Source: Paraphysomonas bandaiensis
Lineage: Eukaryota > Protista > Chrysophyceae
Reading direction: 5' to 3'
Assembly (NCBI GenBank): GCA_965644295.1
Contig: CBFFRP010000419.1
Location: forward strand, 1 to 64,000
DNA: 64,000 nt
Position 1 is the first letter of the stretch; each line of letters begins with the position of its first letter. Position numbers and translations under genes: made by a program. The notes under the pieces are model-generated. The model saw nothing but the letters and a program-made list of their open reading frames with translations, was not told where the DNA came from and ran no database searches. Positions 1 to 9,194 of this stretch are shown piece by piece.

Positions 1-3000
1 CGACAACGAGAATACTCGTGGGACTTGGTATCTGAAAAACACCCAATAATTAGTTATAATATCACGAAATACTCTACACATCATGCATATGTCATACACT
101 TCAATCTTCTCTTCCCTGTTTACTCCTTTCTCATTCTCAAGCAAACAACGGCCGAAGGCGATGAGAGCTTCAACAGGACCTAAAGCGTTTAGTCAGAATA
201 TCAGCAACATTTGATTCTGATGGCACGTGTTGAAACCATTATCACCTCCTTCCACGCACCTTTTGCCTCAATTGCAAATTCGGCATCTTGTAATATAATG
301 TCTTGACCCTCTTATGATTTTCCACCAAAATCTCCGCCAGAGTAATCATCGACGCATTTATTCGCAAAAATTAGAGTAGGTTCCAACTGCACACAAGTAG
401 GCCTAGCCCGCAAGCAATTCTTCGAAAACCAAACATCTCTCAGTATTGGACTTCATCTCACACAAATGATCACCATGTAGTCGACCCTTCTGAACTGACC
501 ATATATAACCAGCTCTGATCCTTGTTCGTGCCTAAGGACCAAGTTCTCCTTCATAATATCACCAACTCATACTTTGAAATAAAACTATCGACCAATGCAT
601 TGAACTCTTTCGACATTATATCCTTCGCAGTAATGATGGATTTGTTTGAAAATAACACTCGACGAAAGAGTATACAGTAGTATCACACTCCTCCCAACAA
701 TGTCAACATTATAAACTCACATGGAGAATGCAGATGCAATTGTTTGTCATTCATTTAACTGCTGCCGATAACCATCATCGAAATTGAAACTTGCTGTCAG
801 GAAATCTCCAATAAATTTATGATCAAATAATGTCATCGCTACAATAACACTCCTGATAATATGATACTGTTGAACAAATATTCTTCGTAACATCACACAC
901 AACCATCACGAATGCGTAACTTTAAGAACCATTGGAATATAAATAACAACGGGTCATTCGAGGAAAAAAGAAAACACACACACTGTACCACTGCACGAAT
1001 TAAATAATGTTGCATGGTCCTTGAATTCACAAGCTGTCGAACACTGAACCGGCATTGTCGAAATACCAATCACTCCTTTCCTTTATAATTGTAGCACAAT
1101 ATTTGAACATAACTCATAACGAACAACTGAACATCCGAATTACTTTGTCTCAAAGATTCTCACACAATCTATTAAGATCATCAACTAAATCCATACAAAT
1201 TGCAGAACAAAATATATGTACTCTACTTCACCATGTAACATATACCCTGTTATATGTTTGAGACACTTTTCAACTTATTCCGAATTAACTCTTCTTTTGC
1301 ATTCATTGAAACAGTGAAGAACGACGAAGAACTATAACTGATCACACTGACAAAACTTTCACCCTGATCATTCAGTCTCTCTCAAAAAAAAAACTTTGAT
1401 ACGCTGACACCTCATTCGCAACATAATAACTCTTTCTTTCAAAAGAAATCGTAACTTCACGCAGTCGAATAATAACAGTACAAATCCCAGAAACCAACCA
1501 AACGAAATAAACGCTCTGCTGCTTTGTATACCTACTAGGTCCTTGAATAAAAATAACCTTAATTTTAACTCTCGGGTTTCCCTCGTGTTGCTGTCACTCG
1601 GCGGGTGTATATACCTTTGAATAGGTTGTCGATCTCTAAATAAACTCTTATAGCCACATGCACGACACAACCAAACCAGACCCCTGTAACATATATGCTG
1701 CTCTCCTGTAGCACACCCTCCTGATCATGTGTACTGTTTCCATTGCCTATACACCCTCCTGAACTCTTGACCAAACATATCTATTTATGGTTAGAGTACC
1801 ATGATGCCGCACACAACTCAACAGTTCCCACAGAAGTCCTTGAACTGATTTATAACTCTCTGGTCCATTTCTCATCAATCGTAGGAACCATCTCCTGAAT
1901 CTTTCATTCATTTAACATAATTTTCAACTCCTAACTTCACCACCCGCACATCTCCATGCACATAGAACTTTCCACTTCCTTTCGACCCGGTATATATAAT
2001 TTTTTTTTTTGTACCACAAGTTGAGCCTATACCCAAATTCAAACTCTGCATGCGGTACAAACACAAAATTTTAACTGCTACTGTGATGCAATACCACTGA
2101 CACCACCGGCCGCTACCCAATAATACGGAGTATATTCTCCACTAAAAGCTTTTATGAAACTGATGCGCAAGAACAACCGGTACTCCTTTATCCACTGTTG
2201 GCATCGACCATACCGCAAGCTTTTAAAACTATGCTTCATGAGCTGCCGGCTCTACAACAATTCTCGCAACGAGACTAAGTACCTTAACCTCATGACCATC
2301 TATTTATAGAAACGCACGAGTTGACACAACTGCAGCCAATATATAGATCTTCCGACTCCTCGTGTTCTCTTACCAACGACGCCCATTTATATCTTCTTGA
2401 CACGTCCACACACATATATTATATATATATAATCCAATCCAATCATATGTCCAACTATCACAATATGAATCCCGGAAACAACTGTTCGATGCAACAGATT
2501 AGGTTGCCCTTAGCTAGTAGCAAACATGCGAAACATCTGATGTAAATACACCTCCTCTATCACTGACGGATTATAACAGTAACTCCTGGCAACAAGCACC
2601 ATTTTCTAAATTGCCAACACCTGATACATATCTCGAGTCATCTACTGAACCCTCCTGAACATTATATTCACACTCAACTAAGGCTCTGATATCAACATAA
2701 TCCAACTGATGTATATGCCTTACGTAATATATGCTACTGGCTGTCGTACAAACCAAATCTCCATGCCGATCCCACACTCAAATATACTCTCGACCTCAAC
2801 ACAGCAGCAACAATTTAGTGATAGCACTGTTTGCCCTTAGAATCCGGCGGCCATCATGCATGCATCCTCCTATTGATTCTGACCCTTATTTACCCCAACA
2901 AACCGCTACAGCACATACTCTGTCGAGGCCCACTGGATCTAACTCATATTTTTCACTAATTATAACATCGCCCTCTTGATCGTACTCTATGTTTGACGAT

Positions 3001-3560
3001 CACAGACAACAACCGGACATTCGCAAAAATCATACGTAAGATCCTGCATCGAAGATCACCACTTTCCACGCATTCCAATCTCTGCCGATTTTCACCGCCC
3101 AATGGAAGGCGAGGCTAATGTTCCCGGAAAAGCCAGAACAGGAGGAATATTGATGCCACCTTGGTACATTATAAACCAATCAACCCAGAAGAACTACAAA
3201 AGTCAATCCAATCCCCAACAAAGAATTACTTGCACTAGTTACACTCCTATTACGCCGTTGAACCACTCGAATAGTCATTATTTTATAAGCACAAGGGCCT
3301 CCTCATTCGATAAACACTCCAAGAGGCCGCCACCACAGGAGCAAACGGCTGGTGATCTGTGTTCTCCAAATACCCGTGATATGTTTCTTTTTCAATTCCT
3401 CTTCCACAGTCTCTAAACTCAAAAACAACACTCCTATACCCCATACATACATACTCTCTCTGCTCTTCCAAATACCGTAACCACACTGCTGGAGCGATGG
3501 CTACCCAGATAACATACCTCGAGAACAAGTTAATGTTGTAAGGCAATTAACAAGCCACAA
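1..3560 (+). mobile_element. Heavily degenerate, A/C-rich coding-like relic, possibly a non-LTR retrotransposon
   Basis: No long ORF or coherent exon chain over 3.5 kb. The + strand is A/C-skewed as in LINE coding strands, with fragments such as SNHRRI (~340) and TLSALPNTVTTLLERWL (~3450-3505). No diagnostic RT motif was recovered. Confidence 0.25.
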
Positions 3561-3777
3561 GTTGATAGTAATGATAGTGTTATTAACTTGTTTTATCAGA
3601 GGTTATCTGTGATAATAATGACTAGCATTCTAATCTGTCTTCTATCACAGACTACACCTACAGTTTTCTACACTTGGCTACATATATAGCCTCTACTCTT
3701 ATACTAACCTACTGTACATATTGGACTGTATATATCCTACACTGTATTGTCATCATACACTGCATAATGGTATACCG

Positions 3778-4719
3778 TTACCCTACTGTAGCTGGCTGTT
3801 CATACACTGTATATATCCTGTATACTATACATCCACAGTATAGTGCAATATACAGCAGTATACTCTCAAACCAAGCTTTCACTCCAATGACAGCCAACCT
3901 CCTATACGGGGATGACAACACCTCGTTTAAACTGTAATTTGCATTAATTAAATAATTATTAATATTTGCAGCCTGATATGTTGACTCATGCTTTTGATTT
4001 ATTATATAGACGTCGCTCGTCGTATATCGTTTTAATTTAGTATTGATTGCGTCCCAATCAGCCCTGCTTTGTTTTTCTAGTTCTTCAAAATATACAAATA
4101 ATTTACCTCCTAGATCTGAATTAAATTTAGATGTCAATACGTCCGCGCCAGCCTCTAAACACAGGTCACGGCCAAGTACGTAAGTATTCATAAATAGGGA
4201 TATGGTTGATTTACCTATACCCTGAGGGCCTTTTAAAAATATAATGGATTCGTTTTTATTACCCTTTGTCATGTTTGCAAACCACTTCAATAAATATTCA
4301 TATTGTGCCTGATCATTGGATGCCAATATTTCTTTAATATATGATAAAAACGCCTGTACACCTTCCTTACTCTCATCATCAAAGTCTTCATATGGTTTAT
4401 AGTCATGTGCAAACTGAGCGGCTAAATTTAATTTCTTTTTATCAGGGAATATACCTTTGCCTAATTCATAAACTATTTCACGAAGCCCTTTAAATTCAGT
4501 GAAATAATATTTTGCTATCCGTTTATCCATTCTGTTAAAATACGTTTCTTTAACTTTTTTGTGTTCCATAATGCTAAATTTTTTATGCCCTGTTCTATAT
4601 GCATGTGCACCGCTTGTAAGTGGGAAAAAATAATTTGTTACGTAAGTTTTTGACTGTTCATAAGTCAGGTTATCAAGGTGTTCTAAATCAAACTTTTCAA
4701 AACTCTCTTTTGTACTCAT
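3778..4719 (-). CDS. Superfamily 3 (D5/NrS-1-like) helicase, probably C-terminally truncated and reading into host DNA
   Basis: Walker A GPQGIGKS, Walker B VYFEE, motif C NYLINAN, and upstream YEYLLKWFA typical of viral SF3 helicases. The last ~45 codons come from host-like low-complexity DNA. Confidence 0.88.
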   Translation of the reverse strand: MSTKESFEKFDLEHLDNLTYEQSKTYVTNYFFPLTSGAHAYRTGHKKFSIMEHKKVKETYFNRMDKRIAKYYFTEFKGLREIVYELGKGIFPDKKKLNLAAQFAHDYKPYEDFDDESKEGVQAFLSYIKEILASNDQAQYEYLLKWFANMTKGNKNESIIFLKGPQGIGKSTISLFMNTYVLGRDLCLEAGADVLTSKFNSDLGGKLFVYFEELEKQSRADWDAINTKLKRYTTSDVYIINQKHESTYQAANINNYLINANYSLNEVLSSPYRRLAVIGVKAWFESILLYIALYCGCIVYRIYTVYEQPATVG

Positions 4720-4801
4720 TAATATACAAATATATATTATTTTTTAAATAATAAATTTTTTAATTTTTTATTTTTTTAAAAATCTAAAGGTTTTTATAAA
4801 T

Positions 4802-6160
4802 TTAATATTGCAATGTTGCGAAACCGTTTTCAATCAAAATGACTTGATCAAAATAAGCGTATGTATCTATGCGTGCGGTCACAGTACTAGCGGATGAGCT
4901 AAAACGAGGCATAAAAAATATATCGTCAGTGCTAGAATTATAACCCTGATATACTGTTTCCATGCCTGAGCTGCTGTAACTTTCTAGATCTAAACCCAAG
5001 TAAAAGTTGGATGATGTTGAAAGGTTAGTCATATCACCGGCTACCTCAGCATTTGCTACTGGATCTTGTAAACTATAACTTATTGAATTAATAGAGGGCT
5101 CATGATTCAAATCGCTTACGCTTCCAATAGCTCTGACCAATTCGCCGAAAAATTCAGGAATACAACTGGGTGCTTTAGTTGGTACAGTCTTACTACCTAG
5201 TCGGACACTGTATGACTCTAGACCGAAATGATTTGATGACAGAGGGAAATAGGTGACTTCTCCAGCGTGCTTAGTACGCATACTGAAAAACAAGGATCGC
5301 AAAGAGTTAAATTTAGCAGATACGGGTATTGAAAGCTCAACGTTGGGGGCAATATTTCCAGTATGTGAATAATTTCTGTAATCTTGCACAACCCATTTTA
5401 TAGGTCCACCATTTGAAGCCTTATTAATTGTACCCATTGCATCATCTGATAACTCCATAAAATTACAAATATATTCAACGTCATTAATAGCTATTGATGT
5501 TATGGCTTTATCGCAACAAATGCCCTCTAATGGATTATTAACCAGAGTTATTTCTAGTCGTAAAGGCGCGCCGGTCATTGCGAACAGTGGAATATATTTA
5601 TCACTGTAGCTTAAAAAATTCACTATTGGAATTGTATAATATTTTTTAGCTGTACTGGCTCCATTTGCAACTGTTGCATAATCGTTTAAACTTTGCCCCA
5701 CTGTCAAGTGATCGGTGACATTTGCTGTCGCATCAATGGAGCCTAAAGTCTCAGTTCCCGTTAAAATTGAATGCTTATTAATAAAAGAGTCGCTGGACTG
5801 TTGTAAAACCATGAGCTCACCGACTAGATTATTATAATTTTGAATATCTGAAAGTAAAGTAGAGCCATGAAATACTCGCACTCTAGAAATTAGGGAATGA
5901 ATACCCGCCTTATCTAGTCTAACGAATTGTGACACGGTCGCAGGGTCAGATGTTTCTGTGGTAACAATCAATGATAATTTTAAAAGTGAATCAGCGCCCG
6001 ACATTACGAGATTACGACCGGTAGGAACATTAATAATTATGGTCTCTCCTGCACCATATGGCCCCAAACCATTTTGTGGAGCTATATTATTCTGATAATT
6101 ACGCGCATAACTTGAATTTATATTATTTGTATATAATACGTTTTTTGGTAATCCTGACAT
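4802..6160 (-). CDS. Major capsid protein (double jelly-roll, PLV/virophage-type)
   Basis: 452 aa, beta-rich. Motifs include P-x-N...GETIIINVP, SLISRVRVFHGSTLLSDIQNYN, KYIPLFAM-APLRLEITL, SLRSLFF and FYLGLDLE, and it sits next to a penton-like gene. Confidence 0.88.
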   Translation of the reverse strand: MSGLPKNVLYTNNINSSYARNYQNNIAPQNGLGPYGAGETIIINVPTGRNLVMSGADSLLKLSLIVTTETSDPATVSQFVRLDKAGIHSLISRVRVFHGSTLLSDIQNYNNLVGELMVLQQSSDSFINKHSILTGTETLGSIDATANVTDHLTVGQSLNDYATVANGASTAKKYYTIPIVNFLSYSDKYIPLFAMTGAPLRLEITLVNNPLEGICCDKAITSIAINDVEYICNFMELSDDAMGTINKASNGGPIKWVVQDYRNYSHTGNIAPNVELSIPVSAKFNSLRSLFFSMRTKHAGEVTYFPLSSNHFGLESYSVRLGSKTVPTKAPSCIPEFFGELVRAIGSVSDLNHEPSINSISYSLQDPVANAEVAGDMTNLSTSSNFYLGLDLESYSSSGMETVYQGYNSSTDDIFFMPRFSSSASTVTARIDTYAYFDQVILIENGFATLQY

Positions 6161-6208
6161 ATATACTATAAATAGATAAATATTTTTTATAGTATAATAA
6201 AATATAAT

Positions 6209-6649
6209 TTATATAAATGTGCTGTCATCTTGTGTTAACTTAGCTAAAGCTTTTCTTGTGTTGTGTTTTTCTAATTTATTACCTGCGTTATGAGCCTTTT
6301 TAAATGCTTTTTTACTGTGTTTGTCGGCTTTATTGTGTAGCTTATGTAGCTTATGTACGCCTTTATGCCCTTCGTGTAATCCTGCTTCCAATAGTCTAGA
6401 TGCTGATCCAACAACGGGCATTGTATTTAATCCTGCTTTATTAATAGCGTGTATAGTTTTATCGCCGACGCCTAATATTTTATCTGCTACGTCAATTGCC
6501 TTTGCTGATTTATCAAGTCCTTTATTTACTCCACTCTGAACCTTGTCTAATACGTCGTGTGTTTTTTGTCCTAGTTTATGGATTCTGTGATCGGCCTTAC
6601 GACCTAGTTTACGAAATTTACGATTTAGCTTTTTGCCTAGTTTTGACAT
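6209..6649 (-). CDS. Basic Lys/His-rich viral protein (putative core or membrane-active virion protein)
   Basis: 146 aa with repeated KLG-x-K units at the N-terminus and a His/Lys-rich C-terminus. Lies between mCP and MCP and shares an upstream motif with MCP. Confidence 0.7.
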   Translation of the reverse strand: MSKLGKKLNRKFRKLGRKADHRIHKLGQKTHDVLDKVQSGVNKGLDKSAKAIDVADKILGVGDKTIHAINKAGLNTMPVVGSASRLLEAGLHEGHKGVHKLHKLHNKADKHSKKAFKKAHNAGNKLEKHNTRKALAKLTQDDSTFI

Positions 6650-6679
6650 GTATATATACTATATTGAGAGAAATATTTT

Positions 6680-7417
6680 TTATTCAATAGTTAATAATAA
6701 ATTTAAAGACCAATGTAAACCGTTTAATTCTAATATATCTGCGTCTTGGTCTAATAATTGGACATGTAAAGTATTTATATTATGTATATCATGTACTAAG
6801 CTCTTAATATTATTAATGTTTTTATAATTAATAATGGATCCTGCATTAACATCAACAGGGACAGAGGTAATAATAGAGGCTTTATTAGGTGTGGCACTAT
6901 TTATATTATTTAAAACAAAATTTGACGATGCTATTAAAACGTTTCTTACTGTAAATAAATTTATACCAATTGTTGATAATAATATTAATGAATCTGAATA
7001 ATAGGTTGTATTATCTTCAAATCCTAATAATTCAAAACAGGTTGAAGTATTTGAAAAAGAAAAATCATAAGTACTATGGGTAAATTGTAATTTATTAGTT
7101 GATGAGTTATAAGTTATTGTAAATCCTGGCTCTAAATTGGACTGTAAAAAACTTATTAAAGTTCTAATATTATAATTGGCTTTTGTAATTGTAAGTGAAT
7201 ATGGAATACTATTTAAGGTATAATTTAGTGTGTTATTAGTTGAATTAACATTATAAAAAGAGTATGGGATAGAGGCATCAATTACTGATATATAGGCTTT
7301 ATGACGTCGTTTAACGTCTATCTTTGGTAATATAAAAATACAATCAGTAGTTTTATTATTTAGGTATTGATTAGCTGTCTTGCTGTTTAGAACAATCTGT
7401 ATTTTCTCCATTAACAT
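6680..7417 (-). CDS. Minor capsid (penton) protein, PLV/virophage-type
   Basis: 245 aa with the motifs I-x-LNS, SIPYSFYNVNSTNN, NY, ELLGF, and C-terminal LLDQD..LELNGLHWSLNL, typical of PLV single jelly-roll pentons. Confidence 0.85.
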   Translation of the reverse strand: MLMEKIQIVLNSKTANQYLNNKTTDCIFILPKIDVKRRHKAYISVIDASIPYSFYNVNSTNNTLNYTLNSIPYSLTITKANYNIRTLISFLQSNLEPGFTITYNSSTNKLQFTHSTYDFSFSNTSTCFELLGFEDNTTYYSDSLILLSTIGINLFTVRNVLIASSNFVLNNINSATPNKASIITSVPVDVNAGSIINYKNINNIKSLVHDIHNINTLHVQLLDQDADILELNGLHWSLNLLLTIE

Positions 7418-7586
7418 TATTAGATATTTTTATTTCTGCAAAATCATAAGTCAACATGTCTGTATCTATATTATTATTTCTGTTTAATTTTGGTGTGTCT
7501 AAGTTAATTACTTTGTCTAAGTCTATAATATTTTTCTTTGGAAATTCATAATTATCATAGTTTATTTCCCATTCTAGGCCGTCCAT
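7371..7586 (-). CDS. Small hypothetical viral protein (71 aa)
   Basis: ATG at 7586 is preceded by TATAT like the other viral genes. Its 3' end overlaps the mCP start. Confidence 0.5.
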   Translation of the reverse strand: MDGLEWEINYDNYEFPKKNIIDLDKVINLDTPKLNRNNNIDTDMLTYDFAEIKISNNVNGENTDCSKQQDS

Positions 7587-7626
7587 ATATAAGTATATCA
7601 CATAATATATTTATATATTTTACATC

Positions 7627-7669
7627 TAAGGGATAATTTCGCGAACAATTATCGCGTTTTTATCCCTTA
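7627..7669 (-). terminator. Hairpin 1 (putative transcription termination/polyadenylation signal)
   Basis: TAAGGGATAA...TTATCCCTTA perfect 10-bp arms with an inner CGCGA/TCGCG stem. Confidence 0.55.
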
Positions 7670-7750
7670 ATTTACCTTATCAGTTTATCAATTGCATTTT
7701 TTTATAATATTTTATTTCCATCCTACAGAATCACTGCGATATTTTATATC

Positions 7751-7793
7751 TAAGGGATAATTTCCCCGAAAATTTAGGGATTTTTATCCCTTA
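7751..7793 (-). terminator. Hairpin 2 (putative transcription termination/polyadenylation signal)
   Basis: Same 10-bp arms and same 43-nt length, with an inner TCCC/GGGA stem. Overlaps the stop codon of ORF 7791-8075. Confidence 0.6.
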
Positions 7794-8075
7794 TTTCCAT
7801 CCTACAGAATCACTGCGATATTCACCGTGTAGAAAATCATATTTTCTTAATAATTCAGTCCTTTTATCTTCGTCTTTATTTTCATATATGATTAATTGCC
7901 GTTCATTTAATAGCTCTACTTGTAACTCTTTCTTTTGTTTCTGAAGTTCTGATAATGTAATTTTCATGTCTTCTATTTCTCTGTCTAAATTCCTTATCTC
8001 TTCCTGAATTTTAGGCATATGCGTTTTTCTAATACTGTATACTTCACCTTTCAACTTTAATAAATACTCACTCAT
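7791..8075 (-). CDS. Small coiled-coil viral protein (paralog A)
   Basis: 94 aa, heptad-rich. Aligns by eye to ORF 8175-8504. Confidence 0.7.
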   Translation of the reverse strand: MSEYLLKLKGEVYSIRKTHMPKIQEEIRNLDREIEDMKITLSELQKQKKELQVELLNERQLIIYENKDEDKRTELLRKYDFLHGEYRSDSVGWK

Positions 8076-8126
8076 TATAATATATAACTATATATTTTTT
8101 TTTAATTATTTTATATTTTTACATAT
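8073..8126 (-). promoter_or_regulatory. Repeated viral promoter/leader motif (copy 1)
   Basis: ATATGTAAAAATATAAAATAATTAAAAAAAAATATATAGTTATATATTATAATG is nearly identical to the leader of ORF 8544-8975. Confidence 0.6.
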
Positions 8127-8174
8127 GTAATAATTGAAATAAATTATAATTTAATGGTCAATGTTTCATTGCTG

Positions 8175-8504
8175 TTAACAGTCCTCGTCGCTGTCTGTGT
8201 CATCATCAATATAAACATCGGTAACATTTTTTTTGAATAAATTCAAGCACGGTATGCGTCTCTTGCCGCGGTATAATTCTAATAGCTGCCTCTTTGTTAA
8301 CAAAGACATTTTTTTATCACTTATTTTATTGTTAAGTTTTAATAATTCTTCTTTTATGCTATTCTGTTTATCTATTAAAATGTTCATTTCCTTTTTGCCT
8401 TGTTCTATTTCGTTCTGTACGTTTGTTTTGTGATCACGTTTAACACTAAAAATTTTACCTTCCATTTCCATAAAAAAAAATTTATTACTTTCGGCCTTTG
8501 ACAT
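8175..8504 (-). CDS. Small coiled-coil viral protein (paralog B)
   Basis: 109 aa with an acidic tail, preceded by ATTATA before the ATG. Confidence 0.7.
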   Translation of the reverse strand: MSKAESNKFFFMEMEGKIFSVKRDHKTNVQNEIEQGKKEMNILIDKQNSIKEELLKLNNKISDKKMSLLTKRQLLELYRGKRRIPCLNLFKKNVTDVYIDDDTDSDEDC

Positions 8505-8543
8505 TATAATGTATCATTACAAAAAAATAATTCTATAATGTTT

Positions 8544-8975
8544 TTAAAACGTTAGTTTATCAATAGCATTCATTGAATATACCCACTTATCCGTTTCCAT
8601 TTTCTCTTTATCGCCGTCATTTTCAATGATATAAACAACTGATTCCCAAAACTTATTTTTAAGATAAAATTCATCTTGAACATCATCACCTTCGTTTTCT
8701 CTTAAACCTGATTTAATAATAAATTTTTCATGCCAATCGTAACATTCAGGTGTATTGTTTGCTGGTCTAAAAGTAAAAAAATTGCTACTTAAAAAACCCT
8801 TTTCAAACCGTTTGCTTATTATATCATTGACTTCATCAGCTGGCCTATTTAACTTATGTTTTAGACAGTCAAATGGATCATTATGAATGTACTTTTTATG
8901 TTTGTAGTAGTACTTACCGTTACGCTCGGAATCAACATTACTACAACAATGAAAATATTTTAATTCTTTTGACAT
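8544..8975 (-). CDS. Hypothetical viral protein
   Basis: 143-aa intact ORF, the first gene after the right terminus, with the conserved leader motif. Confidence 0.7.
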   Translation of the reverse strand: MSKELKYFHCCSNVDSERNGKYYYKHKKYIHNDPFDCLKHKLNRPADEVNDIISKRFEKGFLSSNFFTFRPANNTPECYDWHEKFIIKSGLRENEGDDVQDEFYLKNKFWESVVYIIENDGDKEKMETDKWVYSMNAIDKLTF

Positions 8976-9024
8976 TATAATATAACTATATATTTTTTTT
9001 TAATTGTTTTATATTCTTACATAT
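8973..9024 (-). promoter_or_regulatory. Repeated viral promoter/leader motif (copy 2)
   Basis: ATATGTAAGAATATAAAACAATTAAAAAAAAATATATAGTTATATTATAATG. Confidence 0.6.
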
Positions 9025-9128
9025 ATAAAATAGGGAGTGAAATACGGCATGTCTATATATAGTGTTAAACAGGTCTGTTGTTCCGTCTATCTGTTGTAAT
9101 TGTTCGGTGTTTAAGTCAGGGTTGGTAT

Positions 9129-9194
9129 ATCGTTTGGTTAATAGGGTCGGTTGATCGTTTGGTTGATAGGGTCGGTTGATCGCTGGGGTTAATA
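9129..9194. repeat. 25-bp tandem repeat (~2.6 copies) in the viral subterminal region
   Basis: ATCGTTTGGTT(A/G)ATAGGGTCGGTTG at 9129 and 9154, with a partial copy at 9179. Confidence 0.85.

Noticed and set aside
7627-7822. CRISPR-like repeat-spacer array
   Set aside because: Only two units and no cas genes. Better explained as duplicated hairpins.
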